DNA of 64,000 nucleotides from Candidatus Latescibacterota bacterium (GTDB lineage Bacteria > Latescibacterota > UBA2968 > UBA8231), in assembly GCA_965248355.1 (NCBI GenBank), contig OZ252098.1, positions 384,001 through 448,000 on the forward strand, given 5' to 3'. The first letter of the stretch is position 1. Each line of letters opens with the position of its first letter. The position numbers and the translations under genes are program-made. This document shows positions 38,062-48,900 of this stretch, piece after piece. The notes under the pieces were generated by a model that was given only the letters and a program-made list of their open reading frames with translations, was not told the DNA's origin and did no database searches.

Positions 38062-38907
38062 ATGTACGACTGGGACCTGCAGGTGGTTCCCGGGCCACCG
38101 AAGGCGGATCTCAAGCGCAGGATGCTTGAGGAGTGGTTGCGCAATCCCTTCCTCGACGACGACGTAAAGGCCCTCTGCGCCCGCCTGGGCGCTCCCGAGA
38201 CCGAGGTGGCCGAAGCCCTGACCGGTCTCTGCGAAGCGGGTTTCCTGAGGGCTGCCGGCACCGGCTATGCCCTGAGCCTGGACCAGGCTGACAGCCCCCT
38301 CCATGAGGCCCCCGCCCTCGAGGCCCCCGCCCTCGGGGCGCCGGGGGCGGGCGAGCCGACCCTCGCTGACCGGGTCCCGAACGAGCTCCTCGACGACGCC
38401 GGCCTCGTCGACGCCTTGCCCTTCGGCCTCCTCGTGCTGGGTCCCGCCGGCACCGCCGACTTGGCCAACGACAAGGCGGCGGCCATGCTCGGGGTACCCC
38501 TGGCCGACCTCGATGGCAAGGCCTTCGAGAGGGTCACCGGCGTGGATCCCCTCATCGCCCTGGACCACGCCGAGCCCCTCTCCTTCTCCCTCATCGACCC
38601 TCCGGCGCTGGAGGTCACCCTCCAGGGCCGCCGGCTGCCATCGGGCCCCGCGATCCTCATCATGGTCCGCGACGTGTCCCTGCTGGAGGAGGTCTCCCAC
38701 ATCCAGGCGGAGGCCCAGGAGGAGCTCTACGACCGTCTGAAGGAGGAGCTGGTGCAGCCGTTTGGCGCGATCGAGAAGTTCCTCGAGGATCCCGGTCGGG
38801 ACGGTCTGGCGCGCGCACGCCTGGCCATGGAGCAGATCAACGGGTTCCTGCAGGAGTTCTTCCTCCAGGGCGGCTGCGATGACCGCCCGGCCCCCATGGA
38901 CAGCTGA
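38062..38907 (+). CDS. Hypothetical protein: wHTH-like N-terminus, PAS-like domain, degenerate DHp-like helices
   Basis: LVDALPFGLLVL...ANDKAAAMLG...ILIMVRDVS (PAS); EVAEALTGLCEAGFL (wHTH-like). Confidence 0.55.
   Translation: MYDWDLQVVPGPPKADLKRRMLEEWLRNPFLDDDVKALCARLGAPETEVAEALTGLCEAGFLRAAGTGYALSLDQADSPLHEAPALEAPALGAPGAGEPTLADRVPNELLDDAGLVDALPFGLLVLGPAGTADLANDKAAAMLGVPLADLDGKAFERVTGVDPLIALDHAEPLSFSLIDPPALEVTLQGRRLPSGPAILIMVRDVSLLEEVSHIQAEAQEELYDRLKEELVQPFGAIEKFLEDPGRDGLARARLAMEQINGFLQEFFLQGGCDDRPAPMDS
38305..38334 (+). repeat. Perfect 15-bp tandem duplication (EAPAL x2)
   Basis: GAGGCCCCCGCCCTC twice. Confidence 0.85.
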
Positions 38908-38910
38908 GGC

Positions 38911-40014
38911 ATGGTTCTCGACATCCGTCACCTGCGCCAGGGCGACCCCGACGAGGCGCAGCGTGCGAAGGAGTCCTCCCAGGCCGGAGAAGGTTCCCAC
39001 GACCCCGACCTGGAGGCCCTGGTGACCTCCGCCAGCGCCGGGGATCCGGCCGAGCGCGCGCAGGCCGTGGCCCGCCTGCGCGTGCTGGTGCCCACGGAGG
39101 AGGGCTTCGAACGCCTGAGCCGGGTCGTCGAGGCCCTGGCCGATCCCCGCCGCGTGGTGGCCATCCAGGTCCTCGGCTTCCACCGCCAGTGGCTGTTCAG
39201 CCGTTCGGCCGTGCAGCGCGTCCTGGGATGGGCTCGCGGGGAAGCCGACCCGGTAACGGTCACTTCCCTGGTCTGGGTGCTGCGGCAACGCGAGGCGGTG
39301 CAGGAGTTCCTGCTGCATCCGGACGCGGCCGTGGCGCGCGAGGCCGCCCTCGGTCTGCCGGTGAATCCGGAGACCATCGAGAGCCTGCTCAACGCGCTCC
39401 TGGCGGGTGTCGATTCCGAGGCGGGCCACGTCCTGGCCGAAAAGCTCGCGGGCCTGCACCCCAACCTGGCGGAGCGCTCGGTGGAGCACCTGTTGAGGGT
39501 ATCGGGCCCGGTCGACGACGAGGCCCTGCGGCAGGTGCTCTCCCATCTTCCTCAGCCCCCGGTCTTCGAGCTGCTGGTCGAGGGGCGCAGCCAGCCAGCC
39601 TGGACGATGGACCCGACGCCCCAGGAGACGGAGCGCCAGCAGGAGTGGCGCCGGATGGCCCGTCTGGCGGCCCAGTTGCTGCAGACCCATCCGGCGGCGC
39701 CACTGATCCGCTTCCTCGTCAATCGCAGCGTTGCCGACGAGGCCTTCGGCCGCCGTCACGCGGCTTTCCTGCAGAGGGCGATGGACAGCACCCGCGAGCA
39801 GATCGGCCCCGACGTTCTGGACGATCTGGAGCGCCTCACCGTTGGGGCCTCGGAGGATCGCGTCGAGCTGATGGCCAGGCTGCTCATGAGTCTCGGCGAC
39901 AAGATCGCGGGGAAGGGCAGCCGTTCCCAGGCCTCCGATCTCCTGGAGAAGTGGAAGGGCATGTCCCCCGCCCTCAAGCTGAAGATCTTCCACCTTCAGC
40001 AGGGCCTGAAATAG
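38911..40014 (+). CDS. Alpha-helical (HEAT-repeat-like) hypothetical protein
   Basis: DPAERAQAVARL, LLHPDAAVAREAAL; 3 nt after the upstream gene. Confidence 0.5.
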   Translation: MVLDIRHLRQGDPDEAQRAKESSQAGEGSHDPDLEALVTSASAGDPAERAQAVARLRVLVPTEEGFERLSRVVEALADPRRVVAIQVLGFHRQWLFSRSAVQRVLGWARGEADPVTVTSLVWVLRQREAVQEFLLHPDAAVAREAALGLPVNPETIESLLNALLAGVDSEAGHVLAEKLAGLHPNLAERSVEHLLRVSGPVDDEALRQVLSHLPQPPVFELLVEGRSQPAWTMDPTPQETERQQEWRRMARLAAQLLQTHPAAPLIRFLVNRSVADEAFGRRHAAFLQRAMDSTREQIGPDVLDDLERLTVGASEDRVELMARLLMSLGDKIAGKGSRSQASDLLEKWKGMSPALKLKIFHLQQGLK

Positions 40015-40072
40015 AGAGGGCCGCAGGCTGCCGCGGGCCCCGGCGCCGGACGGCGTTCGGTGCTTCGGTTCC

Positions 40073-41149
40073 TCAGGTGTGGGCCCTGCGCAGCAGCAGG
40101 ATGGCCAGCGTCCCATAGACCAGGTTGGCCAGCCAGGCCCCGAGCCAGGGCGCCAGAATCTCGTTCCAGCCCAAGGCTTGGCCTGCCTTCACCGATCCGT
40201 AAAAGGCGAAGCAGATCAGCACGCCGAGCCCGAAGTGCCGGCCCCTGCCGCTACGGCGGGCGCCGGACCCCAGGGGGGCTGCGAGGAGGAGGATGACGAG
40301 GCAGGTGAAGGGGAATGAGATCTTGAGGTGAAGGTCGACGAGGAGCCGGGTCACGTCCTCGCCGTTGGCCCGGGCCCTGCGCACATACCTGGCCAGCTCG
40401 GCGAAATCCATCTCCTCCGGTTCCTTCTGCTGACGGGCGAGATCCTCCGGCGACAGGGTCAGCCGGGTCAGGGCCAGGCTGTCGAAGGGAGTCGACACGG
40501 GGCCGGCTCCGGCGAAGGTGTGGTGCCGGCCCTCCTTCAACATCCAGCGACCGGCGCCGGGGCGCCACCAGGCCTCGCGGGCCTCGGCGCGCTCGAGGGT
40601 GCGGCTTCCCCGAGTGCGTTCCCAGGTCACGTCGTGGGCTCTCAGGCGGCCGTGATCGTAGGAGCGGGCGAACAGGAACTGGCCGTCCACGTCCTGCAGC
40701 AGGACCTGGCGGCGGGAGCCGTCGGAGCGTCGGTAGGAGCGGATGTCGTCGCGGGTGCTGTTGTAGCGCCAGGTGGCCGGCGGGACGACGAGATCGGTGA
40801 ACAGCAGCGTCGCCCCTACCATGACGGCCGAGAAGGCGTAGAGGGGGGTGAGGAAGCGGTGCAGACCGATGCCGGCGGCCTTCACGGCGACGATCTCGGA
40901 GCGCCGGGCGAGCCCGGACAGGCAGAACAGGGTGGCGAGAAGGGTGGTGACGGGAAGGGTCAGCAGGATCCAGTAGGGCGAGCGGTAGAGGTAGTAGCGG
41001 GCGATCTGGGGGAGCGAGGCCTGGTGGTCGATGAAGGTGTCGATGTTCTCGGTGAGGTCGACGACCGCGGCCAACCCCCACATGCCCGCGGCGCTCAGGC
41101 CCAGACAGGTGAGGAAGCGGCGCAGGAGGTAGCGGTCGAGGAGGGTCAC
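40073..41149 (-). CDS. lptG: LPS export ABC transporter permease LptG
   Basis: LLDRYLLRRF, SEIVAVKAAGI, PEEM, KISFPF, LGAWLANL. GTGA overlap with lptF. Confidence 0.85.
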   Translation of the reverse strand: MTLLDRYLLRRFLTCLGLSAAGMWGLAAVVDLTENIDTFIDHQASLPQIARYYLYRSPYWILLTLPVTTLLATLFCLSGLARRSEIVAVKAAGIGLHRFLTPLYAFSAVMVGATLLFTDLVVPPATWRYNSTRDDIRSYRRSDGSRRQVLLQDVDGQFLFARSYDHGRLRAHDVTWERTRGSRTLERAEAREAWWRPGAGRWMLKEGRHHTFAGAGPVSTPFDSLALTRLTLSPEDLARQQKEPEEMDFAELARYVRRARANGEDVTRLLVDLHLKISFPFTCLVILLLAAPLGSGARRSGRGRHFGLGVLICFAFYGSVKAGQALGWNEILAPWLGAWLANLVYGTLAILLLRRAHT

Positions 41150-42459
41150 CGGACCCCCCTGGGCCGCCGCAGCCGCTCGCGCAGCCCGAGCAGGGAGCGG
41201 TCGAGGAAATGGGCGCGCACCAGCAGCAGCCCCAGCAGGCCGAAGAAGAGGTTCGGCGCCCACATGGCCACGCCCGGAGAGACGAAGCCGCGGTCGGCCA
41301 GGCGCTCGCCGCCGATGAGGAAGATCCAGTAGGCGAAGAAGAACAGCAGGCTCATCGATATGGAGGTGGTGGCCCCGCGGGCCCGGACGAGGGCCCCCAG
41401 GGGAGCGCCCACGAGGACGAAGACGACGCAGGCGAAGGGGATGGAGAACTTCTTGTGGACCTCCACGAGGTAGGCGTCGGCCCGCCGCTGGCGGCTGGCG
41501 TGCAGCCGCCAGTGCTTGTCGATCGAGGCGGCCACCCGCCGGGCGCGCTCCCGGAGACCGGTCGCCGCCGTGGAGTCGTCCCGAGCCTGCGCCAGGAAGG
41601 CTTCCACCGTGGAGTCGATGGCGGCGCGGGCGCGGGTGTTCTCGCGGCGGGCCCGGCCGGCGGCGTCGAGCATGGCGGCCACTCCCATCTCGCGGTCGGA
41701 GCGGTACGGGGAGCGGAAGGTGGACAGCTCCCGATCCCGGTCGCGGATGTGGACCACCTGGCGCCGGAAGCGGCCCCGGGTCAGACGGGCGGGGTCGCCG
41801 GCGTCGGCGCTGTGGACCTCGCCGTCCTCGAGGGTGAGGCGCACGTACCCGCCGTCGGCGAAGATCTCCAGGCGTCCCGAGTCGGCGCGCAGCGTCGTCG
41901 GGGGCCCGCTCTGTCCGGCGTCGTAGAGGGTGATGCCGTGCAGGCGGTTGGCGCCCTCGTCGACGCGGCCGATCAACAGGCTGTAGGGGCCGAGATCGCG
42001 GATGAAGACCCCCTCCTTCTCCTTGAGGACGAGGGCCGCCTTGCGGCGTTGCAGGCTGGTGGTCAGCTCCCGTGTCCGGTGGTTCGAGTCGGGCAGCACC
42101 TGGTCGTTGAACCACACCATGGTCAGGGTGAGCACCCCCGCGGCGGCCAGAACGGGGGCGAGGAGATGTCCGAAGCTGACCCCGGCGGCCTTCCACGCCA
42201 GGATCTCGTTGTCCGCGGCGAGCCGGCCGAAGACCATGAGCACGGAGATCAGCACCGCCATGGGGACCGCCAGGGCGACGATCCAGGCGAGGTTGCGGAG
42301 GAACAGTTCCACGGCGACGGCGCCGCCGATGCCCTTGCTCAGCAGCTGATCCAGCAGTTGCAGCATGACGTCGATCTCGAGGACGAACACGATCAGTCCG
42401 AAACCGAGAAGGAAGGCGTCCAGGTGCTGGCGCAGAAGATAGCGGGAGAGGGAAACCAA
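41146..42459 (-). CDS. lptF: LPS export ABC transporter permease LptF
   Basis: LSRYLL, ALAVPMA, GRLAADNEILAWKAAGVS, EVHKKFSIPFAC, AMWAPN. Confidence 0.88.
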   Translation of the reverse strand: MVSLSRYLLRQHLDAFLLGFGLIVFVLEIDVMLQLLDQLLSKGIGGAVAVELFLRNLAWIVALAVPMAVLISVLMVFGRLAADNEILAWKAAGVSFGHLLAPVLAAAGVLTLTMVWFNDQVLPDSNHRTRELTTSLQRRKAALVLKEKEGVFIRDLGPYSLLIGRVDEGANRLHGITLYDAGQSGPPTTLRADSGRLEIFADGGYVRLTLEDGEVHSADAGDPARLTRGRFRRQVVHIRDRDRELSTFRSPYRSDREMGVAAMLDAAGRARRENTRARAAIDSTVEAFLAQARDDSTAATGLRERARRVAASIDKHWRLHASRQRRADAYLVEVHKKFSIPFACVVFVLVGAPLGALVRARGATTSISMSLLFFFAYWIFLIGGERLADRGFVSPGVAMWAPNLFFGLLGLLLVRAHFLDRSLLGLRERLRRPRGVR

Positions 42460-42937
42460 GGAGCCGTATGATGGGTCTGTCTAGGAACCCGCCGGTGCCC
42501 GTCGGGGCCGCGGCCTGCGAAGAGGCTCCTGCGAAGGGCGCAGGGCCGGCGCAGGAGGGCGGTCCCGGGTGCCGTGGGTATCGTCGATGTGTGCGCGGGT
42601 TGCCACGCGGCTCATCCAATATACCACCGAGCCGCCGGCCGCATGGGAGGAACGGTTTTCGCTTGCCCCGACGGGCGGCGCCCCCCACCGGCAAGGCGGC
42701 CTCTCCGATTGCTGGATCACGCTCCCTCCCGTAGGTTCACAGAGGGTCATGGCGTCATTCGCCGTCCCATCCCCCGAGTCCCAGATCAGCCTCCTGGCCG
42801 GCCCACCGGATGCCTCGACGGCCGTCGACGCTCCGGGGTACGTCTCCGCGCCCTGCCGGGGACCCGCCAGCCGGGCGATCCACCCGCCGAAGGCCGGCGG
42901 CGCCCGCCGCCGGCTCTAGGGGAACCGACGCCCGCCC

Positions 42938-45900
42938 GTGCCCGCAAGCGACGCTACCATCCCGAACCTGGTCCCGGGTGGCCCCCCGAGGATCGGGCTC
43001 TCCCTGGGCGGCGCTCTCCTCGGCCTTCTCGCTCTCGCCCCCCTGCCCGCCTGGTCCGGCCTCGGCCTCGAGCCGCCTCCGTACGGCCCCGTCCAGGGGA
43101 TCTTCCGCGATCCGGCGCCCTACGGCGACTTCCGGCGGGGGGCGCCCATGCTGCGCCTGAGGCCCCCGGCGGAGCCGCTGGTGGAATCGAGCACCGGCTT
43201 CACCAGCAAGCAGGTGACCGTCGACTCCTCCGGGGCCCACTGGCAGCCCCGGACGGCCGGATTCGACCACGGCGTCCCGATCACGCTTTCCCTGGGCCGT
43301 TACCTCGAGCTGGGGAACCGCCACCTCTACCGGACGAAGTGGCGGCAGAGGGTCCGCGACGACATGCGCCGGGAGACCCGCATGGGGGAAGGGCGGCGGG
43401 GACGCCTGGAGTGGCGGGTGCCGATCCCGGCGCCGCCGGTCGTGAGGCGGTTCATAGGAGATGAGGGCTCGCTGCGCATCAACGGCTCTCACACCGCCTC
43501 GATCGGCGGCAAGAGCAGCTGGACGGCGGACGACGTGCAGACCCTGGCGGGCGGATCGTCGAAGTTCCCGGCCCTGAGCATGGACCAGGAATCGGACTTC
43601 TCCGTGGAAGGCAAGGTGGGGGAGGCGATCAACATCCGCATCAACCAGGACACCAAGGGCCTGGCCAGTTCCTTCGGCCAGAACCTGCAGGATCAACTCA
43701 ACCAGATCAAGCTCGACTACCAGGGCGACGAGGACGACATCTTCCAGGAGGTGCAGGCGGGCAACACCACCTTGTCGCTGCCGAACACGCGGTTCGTCGG
43801 CTTCAACCAGCAGCACAAGGGCCTGTTCGGAATCCGGGCCAAGGGGAGCCTCGGGCCCCTGCGCTTCACCACCATCGCCAGCCACGAGAAGAGCGAGTCC
43901 AACCGCCAGAGCTTTCGCGGCGGCGCCCAGGTCGACACCACGGAGATCCGCGACTACGAGTACGTGCGCAACCAGTTCTTCTATCTCGACGCGGTCTACA
44001 AGGAGGGCCTGCAGGACTACGCCGAGGTCTCCACCTCCGACTTCCAACCCGAGGACCCGGTGGACGAGCGCACCCTGCAGGTCTACGTGAACGACTTCAA
44101 CGTCAACAACGACGCCGTGCAGCTGGCGCGGCCCGGCCGCGCCCAGACCGACCTGGCCGACGCCGGCAACGACTCGACGGGCCACCGCGAGGTCGGCACC
44201 TGGCACCGCCTCGACCCGGACGACGACTACATCCTGGACGGCGTCCTGGGCTCCATCACCTTGCGCTCACCGGTGCAGGAGCGTCACGCTCTCGCCGTGA
44301 CCTACCGCACCCTCGGGGGCCGCGAGGTGGGCACCGCCGGCGCCGACCGCGACTCCGTGCAGCTCAAGCTCATAAAGGCCCGCGACGCCCGGCCCGGTTT
44401 TCCCACGTGGGACCTGGAGTGGAAGAACGTGTACCGCATCGTGCGAGGGTTCGCCCGGGGGCGGCAGTTCGACCGCCAGCGGATCCGCGTGGAGATCCTG
44501 CGCGAGGTGCCGGGACGGGAACCGGAGACCACCCAGGGCGGGCGCTCCTTCCTGCGGCTCATGGGGCTCGACACCCACGGGCAGGACGCGGGCACCCCGC
44601 CGGACCAGATCGTCGACGCCGACTACGACGGCCTCCGCGAAGACCTGGGGGTGCTGATCTTTCCCGACCAGCGCCCCTTCGATCCCCAGCTCTCGAGGTA
44701 CGACCTGGAGACGAAGGTCCCGGAGATCTACGACACCGAGCAGCACCGCGACCACGTCGAGGCGAGCCGCTACATCATCCAGGTGATCAACAGCTCCTCG
44801 GAGCAGCGCATCAACCTGACCCAGGGCCGGCTGACGACGATCGACGTGGAGTCCGTCCAGGTCCGCCTCGACGGCCGCCAGTTGAAGCCGAACGTGGACT
44901 ACAGCGTGACCTACACCGGGGAGGTGCAGTTCCTCGGCGCCGCGGCCGACCAGGTCGCCGATCCCGCCGCCGACCTGGAGATCACCTTCGAGAGCCAGGA
45001 CCTCATCGGCCTCGGACGCCAGCAGAAGACCCTGCTCGGCACCCGGGGGGAGTACGAGTTCCTCGGCGGCGACGGCGTCGTCGGCGGGACCCTCATCTAC
45101 AACAACCAGAGCGGCGACAGGCGGGTCCGCGTCGGCTCCGAGCCGGCCCGCACCGTGCTCTGGGACATGGACGTGCGGGCCACCTTCGGGGCGCCCCTGC
45201 TGACGCGCGCCGTCGACGCCCTGCCCCTGCTCAAGACGGCCGAGGCCTCGAAGGTGACCGTGCAGGCCGAGATCGCCCAGAGCCGGCCGAACCTCAACAC
45301 CCGGGGCAAGGCCTTCATCGACGACTTCGAGGGCTCCGAGCGCTCCACGGTCCTGCCCGTGTTCTACTCCCGCTGGACGCCGGCCAGCGTCCCCACGGAG
45401 GGGGAGCTGGACTCGGCCAACCGCGGCCCGACGCTCTGGTACAACCCCTACGACCGCGTGCAGCGGACCTCCATCTGGCCAGGCCAGCGGGACCAGATCG
45501 AGGCCAGGAATGAGCAGACCGACGTGCTCACCCTGAAGGTCACGCCTCCGCAGGACGCGGGGCTGACGACCTGGGGCGGGGTGATGACGGTCTTCACAGG
45601 CGTGCGCGACTTCTCCCAGTCGAAGTTCGTCGGCATCTGGCTGCGCGGGCAGAGCGGCTCCGTGCACCTCGATCTCGGCGACCTCAGCGAGGACTGGATC
45701 GCCAACGGCCGCATCGACACCGAGGACGTTCCCCTGCGCGGCCGCTCCATCGGGGACGGGACGCTCTCGACGGAGGAGGACATCGGCGTCGACGGCCGCA
45801 CCGACGAGGAGGAGCTCGACCACTACCTGACGCGGGAAACGGAGGTGACCGCCGAGGAGCTGGAGGGGCTGAGCCTGACCGAGAAACGCAACCGCTTCGG

Positions 45901-48900
45901 CGATCTCATCCGCGCCCTCGACCGGGACCCGTCCGACCCGGAGGGGGACAACTGGGACTACGACCCGACCCGGGACCGCTACAACTACACCCGCTACAAC
46001 GGCACCCAGGGCAACCAGCGCGTGCGCGAGCAGCCGGACACGGAGGACCTGAACGGCGACGGCAACCTCAACCAGCGCAACGACTACTATCACTACGAGA
46101 TCGACCTGGCCGGGGATCCCCACGAGCCGGGCACCTGCAGCGAGCCGGAGATCGGCGGCGAGTGCCGCGGCTGGCGCCTCTTCCGCCTGCGCCTCTTCGA
46201 CGAGTCGGTGCGGCGGGTGGGCTCGCCCGACTCGAGCCGCATCGAGTACGCCCGCTTCCTCTTTCTCACCGAGAACCAGCCGGGCTCGGCCGACAGCGTC
46301 GTCATCGCGCGGGTGGAGATCGCCGTCAACGAGTGGCTGGGGGAGGGCGTCTCCAGGCACGATCCGGACGCCTTCGAGGTCTCCGAGGAGGAGCTCTTCG
46401 AGGTCGACGTGATCGGCACCGACGAGAACCTGAGCTACAAGCCGCCGCCGGGCGTCAAGGGCCAGCGCTCCACGACCTCCCGGGTGCGCGAGCCCGAGCA
46501 GTCCCTGGTTCTCGACTACGCGCGGCTCGGGGCCGGCCACGAGGCGTCGGCCACGCGGGTGCTGACGAGGAACTCGGACTACACCAAGTACCACCGGCTG
46601 CGCATGTTCGCCCACGGCGACTCGACCGCCGCCTACGTGGTCACTCCCGACTCCAGCGACCTGGAGCTGTTCCTGAGGTTCGGGCGCGACGATCTCAACT
46701 ACTACGAGTACGTGACGCCTCTGTTCCCCGGCTGGGACGAACGCAACGAGGTGGAGATCGACCTGCGGCTCATGGCGCGGCTGAAGGCGGAGCTGGAGGG
46801 GCGCGTCGACACCACCACCGGCCTGGAGCTCACCGAGCTGGACACGGTGGTCGCCGATCCCGCCGTGCGCGACGGAGCCGCGGCCGTCTACCGGGTCAGT
46901 GGGACGCCCTCCATGCAGCAGGTGCGCCAGTTGCGCCTGGGTCTGCGCAACCGCAGCGACCGCGGCTCCTTCACCGGCTCCGCGTACGTGGACGAGCTGC
47001 GCCTCGACAAGGCTCGCAACGACCCCGGCGCGGCCGCCTACGCGCGGATCAACACCCAGCTGGCCGACTTCATGGACGTGGACGCCGCCGTCGACTGGCG
47101 GGCGGAGAACTACCGCACCATCACGAACACGGGGCGAAAGAGCGCCGACCTGAGGACGACCCTGTCGACGACGACGCACCTCAACAAGGTTCTGCCGGGG
47201 AGCTGGGGCTTCTCGGTGCCCGTGAAGTTCACCCTGAGCCGCAGCCTGAGCCTGCCGCGCTTCGCGCCGAACTCCGACGTGGAGCTCACTCCCGCCGAGA
47301 AGGACTCCATGCGCTCCGAGCAGCTGAAGCGCTTCGTCGAGGTCTCGGTGAGCAAGCGGGCCGGCAAGCACTGGGCGGCGAGGTGGACGATCGACCAGAT
47401 GAACCTGCGCTGGTCCAGCTCCGTCGACGATCGGCTCTCGCCGGTGACCCCTCTCGACTCCCGGGAGGGGCAGACCGCCTCCTTCCGGTACAAGATGCCT
47501 CTGCCCAAGCCGAAGTGGAAGTACCTGGACTGGCTGCCCGAATACATGCCCAAGTCCCTGCGCACCTCGGAGCTGATGCCCCTGCCGGCGACGGCGAGCT
47601 ACTCGGTGAACGTCAACCGCCAGGAGAGCACGACCTGGAGGACGACGCAGCTCGACACGACCTTCAACGAGGTCTTCACCCTGAAGGAGAGCTACGCCAC
47701 GAAGGTCAATCCCCTGCGCTCGCTCACCTCCGACTACAGCCTGCAGGTCAACCGCGACCTGCGAAAGAAGTACGAGCCCCGGTCCCTGGCCTTCGGCCGC
47801 GAGGTGGGCCGCAACCAGAAGGCCGACGTGCGGCTGCAGCTGCGCTGGGTGCGGTGGCTGGATCCGACCGTCAACTTCCAGGCCAACTACCAGGAGGACA
47901 GCGATCCCCGCCGCAGCCGGCAGACCGCCTTCACCGACACCGTGGACGGTCAGCTCCGGGTGGTCAAGACCCTGGACATCACCTCCAGGAACACCTTCTC
48001 CACCCGGGTCAACGTGCGTCTGCCGGACCTGCTCAAGGCCGTCGGCGCCCAAGGACGGAAGGGGCGCCCCAGGGGCGGACCCGCCCGCCGCGGGTCGGCG
48101 GAGAACCAGGAAGAGAAGGAGAAGGAGAAGGAGAAGGAGCCGGGGCAGCCGTTCTTCCTGCGCCGGTTCCTGCACTTCTCGGCCGGGTACGTCGAGCCCT
48201 TCAGCTACACCTGGCGGCGCAAAACCGACGCCCGGAACTACAACCTGATCGAGCGTCCGCCCCTGCCCTACCAGCTCGGCTTCGGGGACAGTCTGCAGGT
48301 CGAGCAGCGCAGCGCCGGACTGACCCGGCGGGATACCTGGAGCCGCTCCGCGAACACCGACCTGAGCTCCGGGCTGCGGCTGCCCCTCGGCTTCAGCCTC
48401 AAGCCGACCTACAAGGAGCAGGTGTCGTGGCGTTCGGGCAGCACCCAGAACCGGCTTCGGGTCGAGCGCTCGCTGACCTATCCGGGCATCACCGTGGCCT
48501 GGTCGAGGGCGGACCGGGTCCCGGTGCTGCGGCGCTACCTCAACAGCGCCCAGGTGAACCTGCGCATGCAGTCGACCCGCTCCCAGCAAGCCGAAGGCAG
48601 CCTGCGGCCGGCGAACCTGATCGAGGAGAGCACGAAGCAGGAGTGGACGGCCTCGTGGACGGGACAGTGGCGGATCGGCCCGACCACCCGGCTGGAGATG
48701 CGCCGGACCCGGGACGAGTCCGTCAACTACGAGCTGGTCGACCTCTCCAGCGGCGAGGTCTCCCTCGAGCAGCGGCCGCCGCTGCGCGGCAAGGGGCTGA
48801 ACGAGCGGAGCTCCGCGAGTCTCGAGACCCGCTACAAGCTGCGGCCTCGCAAGCTGCCCCTCATCGGCCGGCTGAAGAGCAACCTGGACCTCAAGCTCTC

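Noticed and set aside
42460-42937. Possible structured ncRNA or riboswitch in the lptF-sprA divergent region
   Set aside because: I found no recognisable RNA family motif; GC-rich hairpins are expected by chance.
48113-48136. (GAGAAG)4 microsatellite in sprA as a phase-variation switch
   Set aside because: The unit is 6 nt, so slippage keeps the frame; it only encodes an EK linker.
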